DNA from: Pseudogymnoascus verrucosus
Taxonomy: Eukaryota
Strand: one strand, 5' to 3'
DNA length: 64,000 nt
NCBI GenBank assembly: GCA_001662655.1
Contig: KV460213.1
Shown here: one piece after another, positions 60,746 to 64,000 of the stretch
Numbering within the stretch: position 1 is the first letter of the stretch
Layout: each line of letters starts with the position of its first letter
Translations under genes and position numbers: made by a program
Notes under the pieces: model-generated
The model's database searches: none
Seen by the model: the letters and a program-made list of their open reading frames with translations, nothing else
Told to the model about the DNA's origin: nothing

Positions 60746-61778
60746 GCACGCCGCATCTTGTGTCCTGGGCATTCTACGTTGATGTGATGGATCCCGCTCA
60801 TTCATCTGATCATTTCATCCCCAAGCGACAAACATTCTCGCGCTATCGTTCTATCAACTGGCTTTTATCATGGCTTCTCCGGGCCAGTGCTGATGGATAT
60901 GTCTGCTTCAATTTTTCCGGCTCAACGCAATTCGCTTTGTTGATATATTATGCGACTCATGGGTTCGATCAGGATGTCCTGTACCAAGCGTCCTGTCTCA
61001 ACGCTCTGAGCTACTTCAGCTCTTGCAATTGGGCTTCCGTGCCTGCCCGTGGCAGCTTGCCGAGAAATATATCAGATGGCATTTCAAATTCCAACAAGCT
61101 CGTTATTGTGGAAACACTTTGTTTTCAAGGTTTATCATGCTGGTGGCATGGTTTTAATGGTAATATTGGCCTGCTCCGCCGGTTTCTGCATAATCATGGC
61201 AAATCCGACATAGGATAGGGTCCAAGTCGAAACACCCAAAAGAAAGCAATTGCTTGAGGCTATTCTAGTTAAACTGCTCGGGCTAGTTCCTGTACATAGT
61301 AGTTTACAATAATAATAAACAGCTTTCTGTAAAGTTTTGCGAATTTCCGGGCTGGAGATAATTTTTGAAAAGTGCGTCGTCTTCGATAATATAGCATAAA
61401 TAATCCTGGGCCTGCCTGTCCTCTGCACGGCTAGAGACGGCATAGCGTTGGTGCGGCACGTGTATGACAGGTAAAAGTCACTAACTCGATTAGAGGTGCA
61501 TCCAAGAGCCAAAGCTAAAGCTAAAATGGCGATACCGGACTGGTGTGTCAATTTCTATTTCTTGTACGTACTCGTACCTTTATTTATTACACCTGTACTT
61601 GGCTATTTATTGATGCCCCCACTGCCATTTTTATCTTTTTATCTTATCGTTTTCCATTCCTGTGACGCCAAATCTAAAAGAAAAACTTCAACAAACCTTC
61701 AAATCTTGAAGTCAACTCGCCGAACAGTTTCTATCGTGTATTGCTAAACCGAGACATAAAAGCTCCAAGAGTCACGCC

Positions 61779-64000
61779 ATGGGACAACCTTCCACGCAGG
61801 CATCAAATGCCCTGATCTATATCACCTATGGCTCCTTCCTGTGCGACTCTCCCATTAAATCTTTACTACCAGTCTCTCCTGAAGACGAGAAGGGTATTTC
61901 AGAACTAACTTGCCGTGCCTTCAGGATTTTTGGCTGTGCCATCGCATGGCGGCTCCGGCATCAGACGAAAGACGAGTTCCTCTCCAGCAACAGAACGCAG
62001 ACTGGTTAGATAACCTCCACACGACCCTTCCGTGTCTGGCGTCAATCCTGTCCCCCAACAGCTGAAGCGCCTCCCCCAATTGACCACCCCCCCCCCCAAT
62101 ATTAGAAAAACAGCTGCTAATATTGATTCATAGCCGGACCGTTGGCGCTTAACTTTGTCGCTTCTGGTAAGTACTTTGCGGCGCCTTTGTTTTCGATTCG
62201 GTGAACGGCGGCAGCAACTCTCGTATATATATATATACGGATTCCCAGCACGAACAAGCAACACGAATATCGCCCAAGAGAGTGAAAACTCTCCGACAGA
62301 TCCCAACTGCAAACCATGAGTTATTAAATCATAAGGTTCGTATTTGCAGAAAATACCATGTACGCCTCGAACCTTCTCCTTGGCACTCTAGAGCAGGCAT
62401 TTTGCAATTTGGCTGTGTTGGCTTTGGAGGCCGAGGAGGTGGCAGAGAGCGGGCATTGTGTGGCTTCACTACGGGCGCTGAACCTGGCAAATACTGGGAT
62501 ACACCTCTTCTCTATGTTCACGTAGGGAGAGATATCTCAGTGTTTTGCTCAGGTGAAGCTGAGATTGTACCGTGATTACTCGATCAAGTTAATGCTTGCG
62601 TGGGAAAGTGCTGCCGCCTCGAAACCCCCTTCCCCCCATTGTTGCAGACTGCTAACATTAGATTTTTTTTTTCAATTAAACAGCCCTGGGTTCCGGTATT
62701 CTGTTCTCATACCCGCAACTGGCTGCTCTTACTGGCGTGCAAGGCGTGATCGTCTATGCCGTTAGTTCAGCGGCTCCTCTTATGATATTTGCTATCCTTG
62801 GCCCGATTATTAGAAATAAATGCCCCGAAGGCTTTATTCTCACGGAATGGACAAGACAACGATATGGTGTTGCTACAGCTATGTTTCTCAGCTTTCTCAC
62901 GCTGGTCACAATGTTTCTGTACATGGTAGCAGAACTCTCTGCAATGCAGCAAATCGTCGGTGCTTTGACTGGAATGGATGGCCTGCCAGCAATCATCGTG
63001 CAAGCCGTCGTAACGACGATATATACCTGTAGGTCATCCTTGCCTGTTTCTGTTCTTTTGCTGATCGTTGTAGCTCTCGGTGGCTTCAAAATCTCATTTA
63101 TAACCGACAATATCCAAGCAGTCATGGTCTTCTTTTTGGTTGCAGTTGCTACTATCACCATCGGGGTTAAGACGAATGTGGATCGCAGCCTAGTTGATTC
63201 TTCCGGCTTACTCAATCCTACTCTTCTGGGCTGGCAACTTCTGTATATTCTTCCAGTCGCCGTCCTCACAAATGACTTCTTTCTTTCCAACTTTTGGATC
63301 CGCACTTTCGCCTCTCGAACTGATAAAGACCTCTTCATAGGGGTCTCAAGCGCCTCAGTTATAGTGCTTGTCATCCTGACGCTTGTTGGTGTAACGGGTC
63401 TGCTCGCCGTCTGGACGGGGGCATTAGCACCTGGCGAAGACGGCTCCATCGCCTTCTTCCTTCTTCTGGAAACACTACCCAGCTGGGTTGTCGGAATTGT
63501 CCTGGTCATGACTGTTACGCTTTCTACAGCAGCGTTTGACTCCTTCCAGTCAGCCATGGTTTCTAGTGCTTCGAATGATCTGTTCAGGAACAAACTCAAC
63601 ATCTGGGTTATTCGAGCTGGGATAGTGGCGCTTATATTTCCTGTCGTTGTGATTGCTCTCAAAGCGCCGTCGATCCTGCAGATATACCTGATCTCCGACC
63701 TTGTTTCTGCCTCGACCATTCCTGTATTGGTTATTGGCCTTAGCGACCGCTTCTACTGGTGGCGCGGATTTGAGGTTGTAATCGGCGGTCTTGGTGGAAT
63801 TCTGACTGTATTCATCTTTGGAACAATCTACTTCGGGAATGCCCTTGATGGCGCAAAATTGATCTTGCTTGAAGGCGGTCTATACGCCAATGATTGGAGT
63901 GCATTCGGTGCTTTTGTCGCTGCTCCTTTTGGAGGACTCCTTTGGGGCTTTGGTGCATTGGTCGTTAGACTGAGCTTTCAGTGGCTTATTGCGAAGATAA
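61779..64000 (+). CDS. Sodium:solute symporter family transporter (NCU01977/Dur31-like, probable thiamine or precursor uptake); partial at window end
   Basis: Spliced MGQPSTQASNALIYITYGSFLIFGCAIAWRLRHQTKDEFLSSNRTQTAGPLALNFVASALGSGILFSYPQLA...KCPEGFILTEWTRQRYG...SFITDNIQ...FWIRTFAS. Many TM segments; the frame appears to continue to the window end. Confidence 0.88.
62467..62610 (+). ncRNA. TPP (thiamine pyrophosphate) riboswitch aptamer in intron 3 (62167-62683) of the transporter
   Basis: P1 CACT/AGTG; P2 TACGG/CCGTG; GGGCGCT...AGCTGAGA; TTGTACC; ACTCGATCAAGTTAATGCTTGCGTGGGA (P4/P5 CAAG-TTAATG-CTTG); long extended P3 hairpin. Confidence 0.93.

Noticed and set aside
62754..63719. 321-aa minus-strand ORF
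   Set aside because: Antisense to the transporter CDS, which the ORF track omitted because it runs off the window.
1..64000. CRISPR arrays, tRNA/rRNA genes, intact transposons
   Set aside because: None seen. The repeats lack unique spacers, and no transposase/RT ORFs or tRNA cloverleafs were recognised by eye (tRNAscan-SE not run).

Overview
Eukaryotic DNA from a filamentous ascomycete. It is gene-dense, with short GT-AG introns and CTRAC branch points. Gene order and MAT architecture suggest a Leotiomycete, possibly Pseudogymnoascus-like (inference only). About 24 protein-coding genes are supported: a CENP-T-like gene (partial), CMS1, a NOP6-like RRM gene, RAC1 head-to-head with an RGD1-type F-BAR/RhoGAP, MED12, an Asterix-like gene, SUI1/eIF1, EOS1, NTA1, RPL21/RPS9 (divergent), SLU7/REV3 (divergent), an NVJ2-like gene, and then the conserved SLA2-[MAT]-APN2-COX13-APC5-CIA30 block. 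The MAT locus is a MAT1-2-type idiomorph. It holds a 4-exon HMG-box MAT1-2-1, a large orphan accessory ORF interrupted by a single in-frame TAG, and a small cryptic spliced unit; I saw no alpha-box. Downstream are a Rim4-like 3xRRM meiotic RNA-binding gene and a sodium:solute-symporter gene (partial at the window end). The symporter's ~517-nt third intron carries a TPP riboswitch with long-range pairings to the 5' splice-site region, like Neurospora NCU01977. Exon structures were read by eye, so boundaries are predictions.
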